A DNA stretch of 64,000 nt from an uncultured Bdellovibrionales bacterium (lineage in GTDB: Bacteria; Patescibacteriota; Minisyncoccia; Moranbacterales; UBA1568), in NCBI GenBank assembly GCA_964612055.1, contig CAZTBI010000001.1:71957-135956 (forward strand), read 5' to 3'. Numbering within the stretch: position 1 is the stretch's first letter; each line of letters starts with the position of its first letter. The notes beneath the pieces were generated by a model, which ran no database searches, had not been told where the DNA came from, and saw only the letters and a program-made list of their open reading frames with translations. Shown piece after piece: positions 19,144 through 28,856 of the stretch. Both the position numbers and the translations under genes were made by a program.

Positions 19144-19668
19144 ATGCAACATACGAAACAACAGAAAGAGGCTCTGGTGCAGCAAGTTACCGAGAGCATC
19201 AAGAGTTCCAAGGCGTTGGTTTTTGCCAACTACAAGGGCGTGACCGTAAAGGACATCACCGCTATTCGTCAGGAATTGCGTAAGAGTGGCTCGAGTTGGC
19301 AGGTGATGAAGAAGACGCTTCTCAATATTGCTCTCAAGAATGCCGGTGTCGAAGTTGATGCCCGAGCGCTCGAGGGACAGGTCGGTGTGGCGTTTTCTCA
19401 TGATGAAGTCGCTGCCGCCAAGGTTATCGCTGATTTCCAGAAGGCGCACAAAGAAGTAACACTTTCAATTGAAGGTGGAGCTTTGGGGACAAAGGCCCTC
19501 TCTGCTCTTGAGGTCAAGGCGCTTTCGAAACTGCCAAGTCAGGATGAAATGCGGGCCAAGCTCGTGGGTACACTTCAGGCTCCGATCGCCAGTTTTGTCA
19601 GAGTCATGGGTGGGAATCTCAGTGGATTGGTGCAGGTGCTGAAGGCTATTGAAGGGAAGAAGGCGTAA
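19144..19668 (+). CDS. rplJ: 50S ribosomal protein L10
   Basis: Y.GVTV....IR.ELR, VMKKTL, LSKLPS; upstream of rplL. Confidence 0.96.
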   Translation: MQHTKQQKEALVQQVTESIKSSKALVFANYKGVTVKDITAIRQELRKSGSSWQVMKKTLLNIALKNAGVEVDARALEGQVGVAFSHDEVAAAKVIADFQKAHKEVTLSIEGGALGTKALSALEVKALSKLPSQDEMRAKLVGTLQAPIASFVRVMGGNLSGLVQVLKAIEGKKA

Positions 19669-19708
19669 ATTCATTTGTTATTAAGTAAGTAATCATAACG
19701 TTAATCGT

Positions 19709-20110
19709 ATGTCAGAAGAAAAGAAGGACGTCGTTGTTCCAGAGAAGTTTGAAAAGCTCGTATCTGAGATTGAAAAGATGAGCGTGCTCGATCTTTCCGA
19801 ACTCGTTGGTGTGCTTGAAGACAAGTTTGGTGTTTCTGCTGCTGCTCCTGTGATGATGGGTGCTGCTCCAGCTGCTGCTGCCGAAGCTGCCGAGGAAAAG
19901 ACTGAATTCGATGTTGAACTGACTGCTGCTGGTGCTCAGAAGATCAATGTCATCAAGGTGGTTCGTGAAGTCACTGGTCTCGGTCTCAAGGAAGCCAAGG
20001 ATATGGTAGATGCTGCTCCAAAGGTTATCAAGGAGAAGATCGCCAAGGCTGATGCCGAAGCTATCGTGAAGAAGCTTGTAGAAGCTGGTGCAACTGCTGT
20101 TGCCAAGTAG
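19709..20110 (+). CDS. rplL: 50S ribosomal protein L7/L12
   Basis: [32 protein letters not shown]. Confidence 0.99.
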   Translation: MSEEKKDVVVPEKFEKLVSEIEKMSVLDLSELVGVLEDKFGVSAAAPVMMGAAPAAAAEAAEEKTEFDVELTAAGAQKINVIKVVREVTGLGLKEAKDMVDAAPKVIKEKIAKADAEAIVKKLVEAGATAVAK

Positions 20111-20132
20111 GTTTCCAAAGCCTGCTCTTTTG

Positions 20133-20160
20133 AAATCCCTGCCGTAAGGTGGGGATTTTT
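20133..20160 (+). terminator. Intrinsic terminator after rplL
   Basis: AAATCCCTGCC-GTAA-GGTGGGGATTTTT. Confidence 0.85.
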
Positions 20161-20243
20161 GTTTTGACAAAAAAAGACGAAAGGAGGATACTAATTCTGT
20201 TGTCAGATTTTTCTGACCTTTTCTTTTTTAAGGAGTAAACGCT

Positions 20244-22334
20244 ATGTCGCTCGAAATGGTACTATCTTTTTTCGTTCTGCTGCTCATCTCACTCGGAACG
20301 TATTTTATCTCCCGGCGCATCCGCCTGCCATATACGGTGCTCTTGGTGTTGGTCGGCTCGCTCCTGGTTCCACTCACACATTTTTCGTTCTTCTCTTTCC
20401 TCCAGGAATTCCGTCTGACACCTGAGCTCCTTTTCTACTTTTTCCTGCCTATCCTCATCTTCGAATCGGCGTATAACATGCGGGTGAGGGATCTCATGAC
20501 TAATATCCGGGCGGTTTCTTGGTTCTCGATTGGCAGTCTCATTATTTCCATGTTCTTCATCGCCTTCGCGCTCTATGCCGTGCTCTGGCTTATCGGGATG
20601 GAAGTGCCATTTTTGGCGACGTTGCTTTTCGGAGCGCTCATTTCCGCGACTGACCCTGTGGCGGTACTAGCGCTTTTCAAGGAATTCGGGGTTCCTCGCC
20701 GTCTAGCATTTCTTTTTGAGGGAGAAAGCCTCTTCAATGACGGGACATCACTCGCTGCTTTCCTGGTCGTTCTCGAAGTCATCCTCAAGGGCTTTTCTGG
20801 CGTGCCAACGATCCTTGAGGGTATCTTTACGTTTGGCACTATGGTGTTCGGCGGTGTCGCCTTTGGTATCTTCATGGGCTTCCTTTTTGCTAAGCTGATC
20901 GAGAAAGTCGAGGATAACGAACACATCGAGATTACGCTCACCATGCTTGTTGCGCACCTCACATTCATCCTTTCCGAGGTCATTTCACACTACTTCGTTC
21001 TGTTTGGCCAGGAGATAAAGCTTTCGTCTATCATCGCGACGGTGATGGCTGCCATGGTGATCGGCAACTACGGCCGTTCCAAGCTCTCCCTCACGAGTCA
21101 TCATTTTATGGAGAGTTTCTGGGGCTATTTCGCCTTTCTCGTGAACTCGCTCGTCTTTATTACTATGGGTTTCCTCTTCGCCAGCCTGCCGATTGAACTC
21201 AAGCAGTTCATCCTCCCGATTATCCTGACGGTCGTGGTTGTGGCAGTCGGTCGGGCACTCTCCATATATCCGGTCGCCAAGTGGCTCAACCGGAGCAAGA
21301 AGGAAGAGGAAATCCCGCTCAATTGGCAGCATCTGCTCTCCTGGGGGAGTCTGCGTGGAGCGCTCGCTGTCATCATGGTGCTGCTCATTCCGGATGGACT
21401 GACCCTTCCAGGTTGGCAGTTCGATTTTACACTGAAGGAATTCATCACAGCGCTCACGATCGGCTGCATCTACTTCACGTTGTTCGTAAAGGCGCTCAGC
21501 ATAGGATCCATGATTAGAAAGTACAAGCTTGATGCTCTGACTCCGGTTGAGCAAGCAGGATACCGACAGGCCCGCTCTCTCATTCTTTCGTTCGGACAGG
21601 GAAAACTTGATGATTTTCTCGAGAAGCATTACATGAATACGGCTACTTATGAGAAATTGAAGCAAGATGTCTGCTTAAAGCAGGATCTTGAACGGAAGGA
21701 GTGCCGAAGCATCATTGAGATGAATGAGAATGATTTTGAAGAAGCGCTTCGTGTCTATGCTCTTGGTATAGAGAAGCACTTTTTGGGATTACTGTTCCAG
21801 TATCAAGAGGTGAGCGAGCCCGTCTATAAACGGGTCCTGACCAAGCTTGATGTCCAGCTCGAGCGCGTGGAACGGGGCGGACTTCAGACACAGTCTCTCG
21901 ACGAGGATTTTGAACCGGATTGGTTCGAGCAGATCGCGGCTTTTATGAGAAGAGCTCTTTTTATACGCCAGGAAGAGGCCGATCGGTTGAAGGATCAATA
22001 TATGTATTACCGGGCGCAGGAGATCATCGCTCGCAAGGTGATCAAGGAATTTAAGCGGCTCAAGAATCATCCGGCATTTAATTTTGAGACGTACGATATT
22101 CTTTTGGAGAGGGTAGTGAACACGTATCAGATCTTTCACGACGATGCCGCTACCAGGAAACAGATGCTTCTGTCTGGTCATGAAGAGCTTCTTTCGGCGC
22201 TTGATCAGGAATTTGGCAGTGAGAGTTTGCACAAAGCCTTTGTTGATGGATTGCATCAACTGACACGCAAGAACATGTTGCCTGGGAAACTTGCTATTCT
22301 CTTACGGGAAGAGTTTACTTCCAAAGAGTTTTAG
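20244..22334 (+). CDS. CPA1-family (NhaP/NhaG-like) Na+/H+ antiporter with large cytoplasmic C-terminal domain
   Basis: FLPILIFESA, SATDPVAV, FEGESLFNDG, WGSLRGA. Confidence 0.92.
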   Translation: MSLEMVLSFFVLLLISLGTYFISRRIRLPYTVLLVLVGSLLVPLTHFSFFSFLQEFRLTPELLFYFFLPILIFESAYNMRVRDLMTNIRAVSWFSIGSLIISMFFIAFALYAVLWLIGMEVPFLATLLFGALISATDPVAVLALFKEFGVPRRLAFLFEGESLFNDGTSLAAFLVVLEVILKGFSGVPTILEGIFTFGTMVFGGVAFGIFMGFLFAKLIEKVEDNEHIEITLTMLVAHLTFILSEVISHYFVLFGQEIKLSSIIATVMAAMVIGNYGRSKLSLTSHHFMESFWGYFAFLVNSLVFITMGFLFASLPIELKQFILPIILTVVVVAVGRALSIYPVAKWLNRSKKEEEIPLNWQHLLSWGSLRGALAVIMVLLIPDGLTLPGWQFDFTLKEFITALTIGCIYFTLFVKALSIGSMIRKYKLDALTPVEQAGYRQARSLILSFGQGKLDDFLEKHYMNTATYEKLKQDVCLKQDLERKECRSIIEMNENDFEEALRVYALGIEKHFLGLLFQYQEVSEPVYKRVLTKLDVQLERVERGGLQTQSLDEDFEPDWFEQIAAFMRRALFIRQEEADRLKDQYMYYRAQEIIARKVIKEFKRLKNHPAFNFETYDILLERVVNTYQIFHDDAATRKQMLLSGHEELLSALDQEFGSESLHKAFVDGLHQLTRKNMLPGKLAILLREEFTSKEF

Positions 22335-22383
22335 TTTTTCTTGAGCTAAGGTATACTAGGAATACTATCATTATCTGCTTTCT

Positions 22384-22989
22384 ATGACCTTTTTTGGGAT
22401 CGACCTTGTTTCGCTTATTGAAACTATCGGGTATATCGGAGTATTTAGTATTGTTTTTGCAGAGACTGGTCTTTTTCTCGGATTTTTCTTTCCGGGGGAT
22501 AGTCTACTTTTTGTAGCGGGTTTCCTCGCTTCTCAGGAAATTTTCTCTCTCCCGTTTCTTATGGTAGGTATTTTCTTGTCTGCGGTGCTTGGTAATTTTT
22601 TCGGCTACGAGTTTGGAAAACGGGTGGGACCGAAGCTTTTTAGTCGGGAAGATTCTCTCATTTTCAAGAAAGCCCATGCCTTGAAGGCACAGGCTTTCTA
22701 TGAAAAACATGGACCAAAAACGATCGTTTTGGCACGTTTCATGCCTATTGTCCGCACCTTCGCTCCGATTGTAGCTGGTATTGCCAATATGCATTTCCGC
22801 ACCTTCTTCATCTACAACTTGGTTGGGGCGCTTTTATGGACTTTGGGATTGGTACTTATGGGGTATTCGCTCGGCAGCGTCATCGACGTTGATCGTTATC
22901 TCCTCCCCATCATCCTTTTGATCGTTTTTCTCTCCTTTTTGCCTGGTATCATTGGGTATCTCAAGGAGCGTTCGCAGAGGGGAAAATAG
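22384..22989 (+). CDS. dedA: DedA family membrane protein
   Basis: FAETGL..GFFFPGDSLLF, ARFMPIVRTFAP. Confidence 0.93.
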   Translation: MTFFGIDLVSLIETIGYIGVFSIVFAETGLFLGFFFPGDSLLFVAGFLASQEIFSLPFLMVGIFLSAVLGNFFGYEFGKRVGPKLFSREDSLIFKKAHALKAQAFYEKHGPKTIVLARFMPIVRTFAPIVAGIANMHFRTFFIYNLVGALLWTLGLVLMGYSLGSVIDVDRYLLPIILLIVFLSFLPGIIGYLKERSQRGK

Positions 22990-23003
22990 GGGAAGTCGTG
23001 GTT

Positions 23004-23031
23004 TTGACAAAAATTGGAAAAAGAGTAAGAT
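23004..23031 (+). promoter_or_regulatory. sigma70-type promoter for the Ehr-like operon
   Basis: TTGACA-16 nt-TAAGAT. Confidence 0.6.
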
Positions 23032-23074
23032 GGGAATGTTCCTAAAAGATGGTTTCAGACCCTCTTTTCTTTTT

Positions 23075-23105
23075 TCCGCCAGAGGGTGGATCCGCCTTGG
23101 GCGGA
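23075..23105. repeat. Tandem REP-like palindrome doublet in the operon leader
   Basis: TCCGCC-AGAG-GGTGGA directly followed by TCCGCC-TTG-GGCGGA. Confidence 0.6.
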
Positions 23106-23136
23106 GGGTAGACTGATATGGTTGAATTTCTCTGCT

Positions 23137-23673
23137 ATGTATCGCTTGCTCCGAAAAATCGTGACGACTCCAAAATTGATCATTCCAGAGCAGGAACTGC
23201 TTAGTCTGGATACGGCTGTTTTGGGCGAGAAAATAGAGGCTTCTGTAAAGAAACTGTTCCAGGGCTCGCTCGCTATCCGCGAAGTGGCAGCTGGTTCCAG
23301 TAATGCAGAAGAACAAGAATTGACAGCACTTGGCAATGTTTATTACGATGTCGAGCGTTTTGGTATTCACTTTGTGGCCTCTCCTCGACATGCCGATATG
23401 TTGTTTGTGACTGGTCCAGTATCACGCAATATGGCTGAGGGATTGCGTCATACCTATGATGCTATGCCGACACCGCGTTTTGTCGTCGCTATCGGTGATG
23501 GTGCCATTGACGGAGGTATCTATCGTGATTCCTACGCTATTCACAACAGTGTCGAAGAAATTATCCCGGTTGATTTCAAGATTCCTGGTGATCCGCCATC
23601 TCCAAAGGTTGTTTTGGCATCGCTACTCCATATTTTCCAGGATCTCGAGTCGCAGAATCTTCTGAATAAGTAG
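23137..23673 (+). CDS. HycG/NuoB-like (Ehr small subunit) protein lacking all Fe-S cysteines
   Basis: YDVERFGIHFVASPRHAD.LFVTGPV..NM family signature; GSSNAEE, IGDGA and PGDPP at the Cys positions. Confidence 0.9.
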   Translation: MYRLLRKIVTTPKLIIPEQELLSLDTAVLGEKIEASVKKLFQGSLAIREVAAGSSNAEEQELTALGNVYYDVERFGIHFVASPRHADMLFVTGPVSRNMAEGLRHTYDAMPTPRFVVAIGDGAIDGGIYRDSYAIHNSVEEIIPVDFKIPGDPPSPKVVLASLLHIFQDLESQNLLNK

Positions 23674-23678
23674 TTCAT

Positions 23679-25742
23679 ATGGATATTCTTCTCTCACCAA
23701 TCGGCGTCCTCACTTTTGTAACGATATTTCTCGTCGGTGCTTTCGGCGCTCTTTTTCTCTCTCGTTTTCTTAATGATCAGGGAAGATGGGCTGGATATTT
23801 CGCTCATGGGGCAGCGCTTCTTGGTTCGCTTCTCGCGTTGTTTATCGCAGCTGGTGTTCTGCTTTCTGGTCAGGGGATTGCCTTCTCTCTTCCCAGTGTT
23901 TTGCCTGGGGTGCTGAATTTTGATTTCAGGCTTGATGGTCTAGCTGCTTTTTTCTTAGGGGTCATAGCACTGATCGCAACTGCATCGTCCTTGTACGGAT
24001 TTTCCTATCAAAAGCATTTCTACGGTAAGTACGATCTTGGTTACCTTGGTTTTTTCTACAATGTATTCATCATTAGCACCATGTTGGTGACGTTGGCCAA
24101 TCAGGCGCTGTTCTTTCTCTTGGTTTGGGAATGCATGTCTCTTGCCTCATACTTCCTCGTTATCTATGAGTATCGAAAAAAAGAAAACATTCGCGCCGGC
24201 TACCTCTATTTCTTGATGACGCATTTCGGAACGCTGTGTATCATGCTGGCATTTTTCTTTGCTTACAAGGCAATTGGTTCTTTTGATTTCGATGCTTGGC
24301 GAGCGGCAGCAGGAACAGTAACTTCGGGAATGCAGACGCTTATTCTTTCCTTCGCTCTCATTGGTTTTGGTATCAAGGCTGGTATTATTCCGCTTCATAT
24401 TTGGCTACCTGGTGCTCACTCGGCTGCTCCGACCCATGTTTCTGCACTTCTTTCGGGGGTCATGATCAAGACGGCTATTCTCATGTTCATTCGCTTCTTC
24501 TTTGACTTCTTTCCAGGCGCACCACTGGAGTGGGGGCTCATCTTCTTGGTCTTGGGAGGCATTTCCTCGCTTCTGGGAGTGTTATACGCGCTCTCAGAGC
24601 ATGATATCAAGCGTCTTTTGGCCTATCACAGCATTGAAAATATCGGTATCATCTTGCTCGGAGTAGGGGCGGGGATTACTTTTTTTGCTCTTGGACTGGA
24701 AACGTTTGCTCTCTTTGCCTTGGCAGCAGCGCTGTATCACACGATGAACCACGCTATTTTCAAGGCACTGTTGTTCTTGGGTGCTGGTTCGGTTGTTTCG
24801 GCGACAGGGACACGTAATATGGAATCCTACGGGGGATTGATTCGCGTTCTTCCTTACACCGCATTTTTCTTTCTCATCGGATCACTCGCTATCTCTGCTT
24901 TCCCGCCGTTCAATGGTTTTGCGAGTGAATGGCTTACTTTTCAGGCCTTGTTTGTTGGTATCAGTTCAGCGAGCGTTGTCGTCAAAGCGGTATTTATCTT
25001 TGCTATCGGGAGCCTGGCCTTTACTGGGGGATTGGCAGCGGCTTGTTTCGTCAAAGCGTTTGGAACGACCTTTTTAGCCCGTTCTCGTAGTGCTGCCCCT
25101 TTGGAAGGGGTGCACGAAGGGGGAGTGTTGATGTTCGTAGCGATGGGACTTTTGGCGCTCCTCACACTGGTCCTTGGATTTTTTTCAACGGTCGTGATTG
25201 CTTCGCTTGTAGGAGTAGTGGCGAGTATCGGACTTTCTGATCCGCTCACGCTTCGTTTTCCATTTACTGAATTTATCGAAGCACGTCATCAATTTGCTGA
25301 TGTCTTGCCGCTTGATATGGTCGCAATACTGTTGGTCGCGGTACTTGCGATAGTGGTCGCGGTAGTCACTTGGGGGACGCGTGCTCGGAAAGTTGTCATC
25401 GGTACGACTTGGGATTGTGGTACGCCACTGACCAATCGCACAGAAGTGACGGCGACGAGTTTTTCCCGTGCTTTGATAACAATCTTCCGGGGGGTTCTTC
25501 GTCCGACCAAGCAGACGGAAGTGGAGTATCATGATGAAAAGATGCGTTACTTCATCAAATCACAAGAAGTGAAGACATCGATCGGTGATCCGTACCGAAA
25601 GGCCCTCTATCATCCGCTCAATGCCATTCTTCTTTTCATTGCTTCGAAGGTGCGCCGTATTCATACCGGTAATGTCAACATTTATATTCTCTATATCTTT
25701 GTCACCCTCCTTATCCTCTTAGTGTGGACACTCCGCGCCTAA
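23679..25742 (+). CDS. HyfB/HycC-like antiporter-type membrane subunit
   Basis: FGIKAG..PLHIWLP.AH..AP, DIKRLLAYHSIENIG, PPFNGF.SEW, TWDCG. Confidence 0.92.
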   Translation: MDILLSPIGVLTFVTIFLVGAFGALFLSRFLNDQGRWAGYFAHGAALLGSLLALFIAAGVLLSGQGIAFSLPSVLPGVLNFDFRLDGLAAFFLGVIALIATASSLYGFSYQKHFYGKYDLGYLGFFYNVFIISTMLVTLANQALFFLLVWECMSLASYFLVIYEYRKKENIRAGYLYFLMTHFGTLCIMLAFFFAYKAIGSFDFDAWRAAAGTVTSGMQTLILSFALIGFGIKAGIIPLHIWLPGAHSAAPTHVSALLSGVMIKTAILMFIRFFFDFFPGAPLEWGLIFLVLGGISSLLGVLYALSEHDIKRLLAYHSIENIGIILLGVGAGITFFALGLETFALFALAAALYHTMNHAIFKALLFLGAGSVVSATGTRNMESYGGLIRVLPYTAFFFLIGSLAISAFPPFNGFASEWLTFQALFVGISSASVVVKAVFIFAIGSLAFTGGLAAACFVKAFGTTFLARSRSAAPLEGVHEGGVLMFVAMGLLALLTLVLGFFSTVVIASLVGVVASIGLSDPLTLRFPFTEFIEARHQFADVLPLDMVAILLVAVLAIVVAVVTWGTRARKVVIGTTWDCGTPLTNRTEVTATSFSRALITIFRGVLRPTKQTEVEYHDEKMRYFIKSQEVKTSIGDPYRKALYHPLNAILLFIASKVRRIHTGNVNIYILYIFVTLLILLVWTLRA

Positions 25743-25751
25743 TTTTCGCTT

Positions 25752-26717
25752 ATGGACATTCTTATTTTTCTCCTCCAATTCCTCTTCATCCCAATGGTTT
25801 CGCCACTGGCTGTTGGCATTATTCGCAAGGTGAAGGCTCATATGCAGAATCGTGTGGGAGCGAGTATTTTCCAGCCCTACCGTGATTTGTGGAAATTGTT
25901 TCATAAGGACGAGGTTATTTCACAGGAAACATCTTGGATCTTTCGTTTTGCCCCGTATCTGATTTTCTCTATCACAGTTTTGATCGGAGCCAGTGTCCCG
26001 ATCATTACTACCGTTATTCCTTCGCTTTTTGAAGGATCTTCTTTTGTTCTTTCTTTGTTACCGAGCGGAGATTTTATCACGATCATCTACCTCTTTGCGC
26101 TGGCAACCTTTTTCTTGGCTCTTGCTGGTATGGATGCGGGGAGTGGTTTCGGGGGATTTGGTTCTAGTCGTGAAATGACCATGGCAGCCTTGGCTGAGGG
26201 TGGACTCTTCTTCTCTCTTCTCGTGGCCTCAGCCATCGCTCAAACGGGTAATGTCATGACCATGGTAGGAAGTTTGCAAGCACTTCCTTTTCAAGCCTAC
26301 ATCCCACTTTCTATTGCTTTCATTGCATTCTTCATCGCGCTTTTAGCTGAAAACTCACGCTTCCCGGTTGATAATCCTGCGACGCACCTTGAATTGACCA
26401 TGATTCATGAAGCCATGATCTTGGAGTACTCGGGAAAGCGCTTGGCGCTTATCGAATGGGCAAGTTGGAGCAAGCTTTTGGTGTTTATTGCCTTGGGTGC
26501 GAATATTTTCTTTCCGTGGGGAGTGGCGACGTCGTTTGTGCCGCAGACGCTTTTTGTAGCGATGCTGTGGTTTGCCGCGAAAGCCACTTGTTTTCTTTTT
26601 GCTATCGCCTTTATCGAGTCAACTATGGCGAAATTCCGTATCTTCCGTGTTCCTGACCTCCTCTTCACTTCTTTTGTTCTCTCAGTGATTGCGCTTGCTA
26701 TTACGATTACCTTTTAA
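25752..26717 (+). CDS. HyfC/HycD (NuoH-like) membrane subunit
   Basis: RKVKA.MQNRVG...QPY.DL.KL, GSSRE, R.PVDNPATHLELTMIHEAMILEYSG. Confidence 0.93.
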   Translation: MDILIFLLQFLFIPMVSPLAVGIIRKVKAHMQNRVGASIFQPYRDLWKLFHKDEVISQETSWIFRFAPYLIFSITVLIGASVPIITTVIPSLFEGSSFVLSLLPSGDFITIIYLFALATFFLALAGMDAGSGFGGFGSSREMTMAALAEGGLFFSLLVASAIAQTGNVMTMVGSLQALPFQAYIPLSIAFIAFFIALLAENSRFPVDNPATHLELTMIHEAMILEYSGKRLALIEWASWSKLLVFIALGANIFFPWGVATSFVPQTLFVAMLWFAAKATCFLFAIAFIESTMAKFRIFRVPDLLFTSFVLSVIALAITITF

Positions 26718-26724
26718 CACGAGT

Positions 26725-27384
26725 ATGCTCGAACATTCCCGCGAACTCTATTTCTCACTTGATCTCATCGCATTTCTCGCGACGATTGTTATGCATGTGA
26801 TCAAGACGAATCGCAACCTCATTCGTCTCTATTTACTCCAGTCCTTGGTAGTAGGAATTTTCCTCTTGAGCCTCGGTCTGACCGAAGGGAATAACGGCCT
26901 TATATTTGTGGCTGGACTGACGCTTTTGATCAAGGTGGTTCTGGCTCCTATCTTCTTTTCTCGATTGGTGCGTCGCTATGGAACACGTTTTACAGTCAAT
27001 AATTACCTCTCGACACCGCTCACCCTTATTGTTCTTACGGCATTGGTTCTCTTTTCTTATTCACGCGTCTTTCTTCCGCTCAGTATTTTGGTACCAGAGG
27101 CGTTGGGGCTCTTCCCGCTCAATCTGGCAGTCATCCTGATTTCGATTTTCATGCTTATCAACCGACGCGGAGCCTTCTCTCAGATGATTGGCATCTTATC
27201 GCTTGAGAATAGCATCCTTCTCCTGGCTGCATTTATCGGTATCAAGCAGCCGCTGGCGCTTGAAGTGGGAATTATTTTCGATATTGTTATCTGGATGATT
27301 ATTGCTCAAGTATTTATTTCCATGATCTATAAACAATTTGGATCGCTCAACGTCACTCAGATGAAGCGTCTTATTGAAGAGTAA
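26725..27384 (+). CDS. HyfE-like membrane subunit
   Basis: Multi-TM protein with QMIGILSLEN and E.GIIFD; position between hyfC-like and hyfF-like genes. Confidence 0.85.
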   Translation: MLEHSRELYFSLDLIAFLATIVMHVIKTNRNLIRLYLLQSLVVGIFLLSLGLTEGNNGLIFVAGLTLLIKVVLAPIFFSRLVRRYGTRFTVNNYLSTPLTLIVLTALVLFSYSRVFLPLSILVPEALGLFPLNLAVILISIFMLINRRGAFSQMIGILSLENSILLLAAFIGIKQPLALEVGIIFDIVIWMIIAQVFISMIYKQFGSLNVTQMKRLIEE

Positions 27385-27389
27385 ATTCT

Positions 27390-28844
27390 ATGCTGCTTAC
27401 CTTCCTCATTTCATTGCCACTCCTCGCTGCTTGTTTCATTGGCCTGCTTCAGTCAAAGCATGTCCGTGTGATTGAAAGAGCAGTGTTTGTTTCGAGTGTT
27501 CTCGAGCTTGGATTGATTCTGTCGCTCCTTCCGCAGGTAGTGACTCGGGGTTCAGTGGAGGCGTCGGCCCTTTTCTCGCTTGATCCGCTCGGAGCCTTCC
27601 TTTCTCTTCTCATTGCTTTGGTCGGTTTCTTTGCGAGTCTGTATTCAATCGGATACTTGCGTGCTGAAGTACAGAAAGAAATTATTGGGCTGCGGCGTGT
27701 TCGTCAGTATTTTCTTCTTCTCAAACTTTTCATGTTTGCCATGTTTTTGGCCGTAGCGACCATGAGTCCGATGGTCATGTGGATTGCTATCGAAGCAACG
27801 ACGCTTTCAACGGCATTCCTGATTAGTTTCTACAACAAGCAATCCGCGATAGAGGCCGCCTGGAAGTATCTTATTATCAACTCTCTTGGACTCCTCCTCA
27901 GTCTTTTGGGAACGCTCTTGTTTCTGGCGCTGCCAGAAGCACGCGAAAGTGCTTTTACCTGGGAAGCTCTTGCGGAAAATGCCGCCAATCTTTCTCCGCT
28001 TATCATCAAGATAGCCTTCATCTTCGTCTTGGTTGGGTATGGAACGAAGGTGGGCTTGGTACCGCTCCATACTTGGAAGCCGGATACGTACGCCAAGGCA
28101 CCGACACCGATTGCGGCACTGCTTTCGAGCGTACTCTTAAACGTTGCCTTTTTTGCAATCTTGCGCTTTAAGGGGGTGACGGATGCTGCTCTGGGTTCAA
28201 ATTTCGCTTCTGAGCTCCTCATTTTCTTTGGTATGCTCTCACTTGGTTTTGCTGCCCTCATCATTTTTGTACAGACGAATTACAAGCGCCTTCTCGCGTA
28301 CTCGAGCATTGAGCATGCTGGACTCTTGGCTCTGGGATTTGGTTTCGGAGGTGTTGGCGTGTTCGCTTCGCTTCTCCATATGCTCTACCATGCCTTGGGG
28401 AAAACACTTATCTTCTTTGCGGCAGGAAATATTTTCTTGAAGTATAGTTCGACCAAGATGCGTCATGTCACTGGCATGGTGAAGACCCTGCCGCTTTCTT
28501 CAATCGTCTTGTTCATAGCATTTATCGCCCTCTTAGGCCTGCCGCCTTTTGGTTTATTTATGACAGAGTTCCTGCTTCTTTCAGCGGGTATGGAGCAGTA
28601 CCCGTATCTGGTTATTGCCGCTCTCTTGTCATTGGCCGTTGTTTTCTTTGGATTCCTGAGACATCTCATGGGGATGTTCTTTGGTGAAGTGCCACAGGGC
28701 ATCGAATGTGGCGAGTCTAACAAGCTTACACAGCTTCCACTCCTTCTGGTTTTGGCCCTCCTTCTGGTTTTGAGCTGGTATTTACCTGAGACGTTGTCGG
28801 CGCTTATAGAGCTTGCAGCACGGGGTCTTTCGCTTCATTCTTAG
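27390..28844 (+). CDS. HyfF-like antiporter-type membrane subunit
   Basis: WIAIEATTL, EAAWKY, GYGTKVGLVPLHTW.PD, KRLLAYSSIEH. Confidence 0.92.
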   Translation: MLLTFLISLPLLAACFIGLLQSKHVRVIERAVFVSSVLELGLILSLLPQVVTRGSVEASALFSLDPLGAFLSLLIALVGFFASLYSIGYLRAEVQKEIIGLRRVRQYFLLLKLFMFAMFLAVATMSPMVMWIAIEATTLSTAFLISFYNKQSAIEAAWKYLIINSLGLLLSLLGTLLFLALPEARESAFTWEALAENAANLSPLIIKIAFIFVLVGYGTKVGLVPLHTWKPDTYAKAPTPIAALLSSVLLNVAFFAILRFKGVTDAALGSNFASELLIFFGMLSLGFAALIIFVQTNYKRLLAYSSIEHAGLLALGFGFGGVGVFASLLHMLYHALGKTLIFFAAGNIFLKYSSTKMRHVTGMVKTLPLSSIVLFIAFIALLGLPPFGLFMTEFLLLSAGMEQYPYLVIAALLSLAVVFFGFLRHLMGMFFGEVPQGIECGESNKLTQLPLLLVLALLLVLSWYLPETLSALIELAARGLSLHS

Positions 28845-28856
28845 TATTTTTCTCTT

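Noticed and set aside
23032-23136. Fluoride or Na+/Li+ riboswitch ahead of the ion-transport operon
   Set aside because: I could not match the consensus; the structure is explained by a REP-like palindrome doublet.
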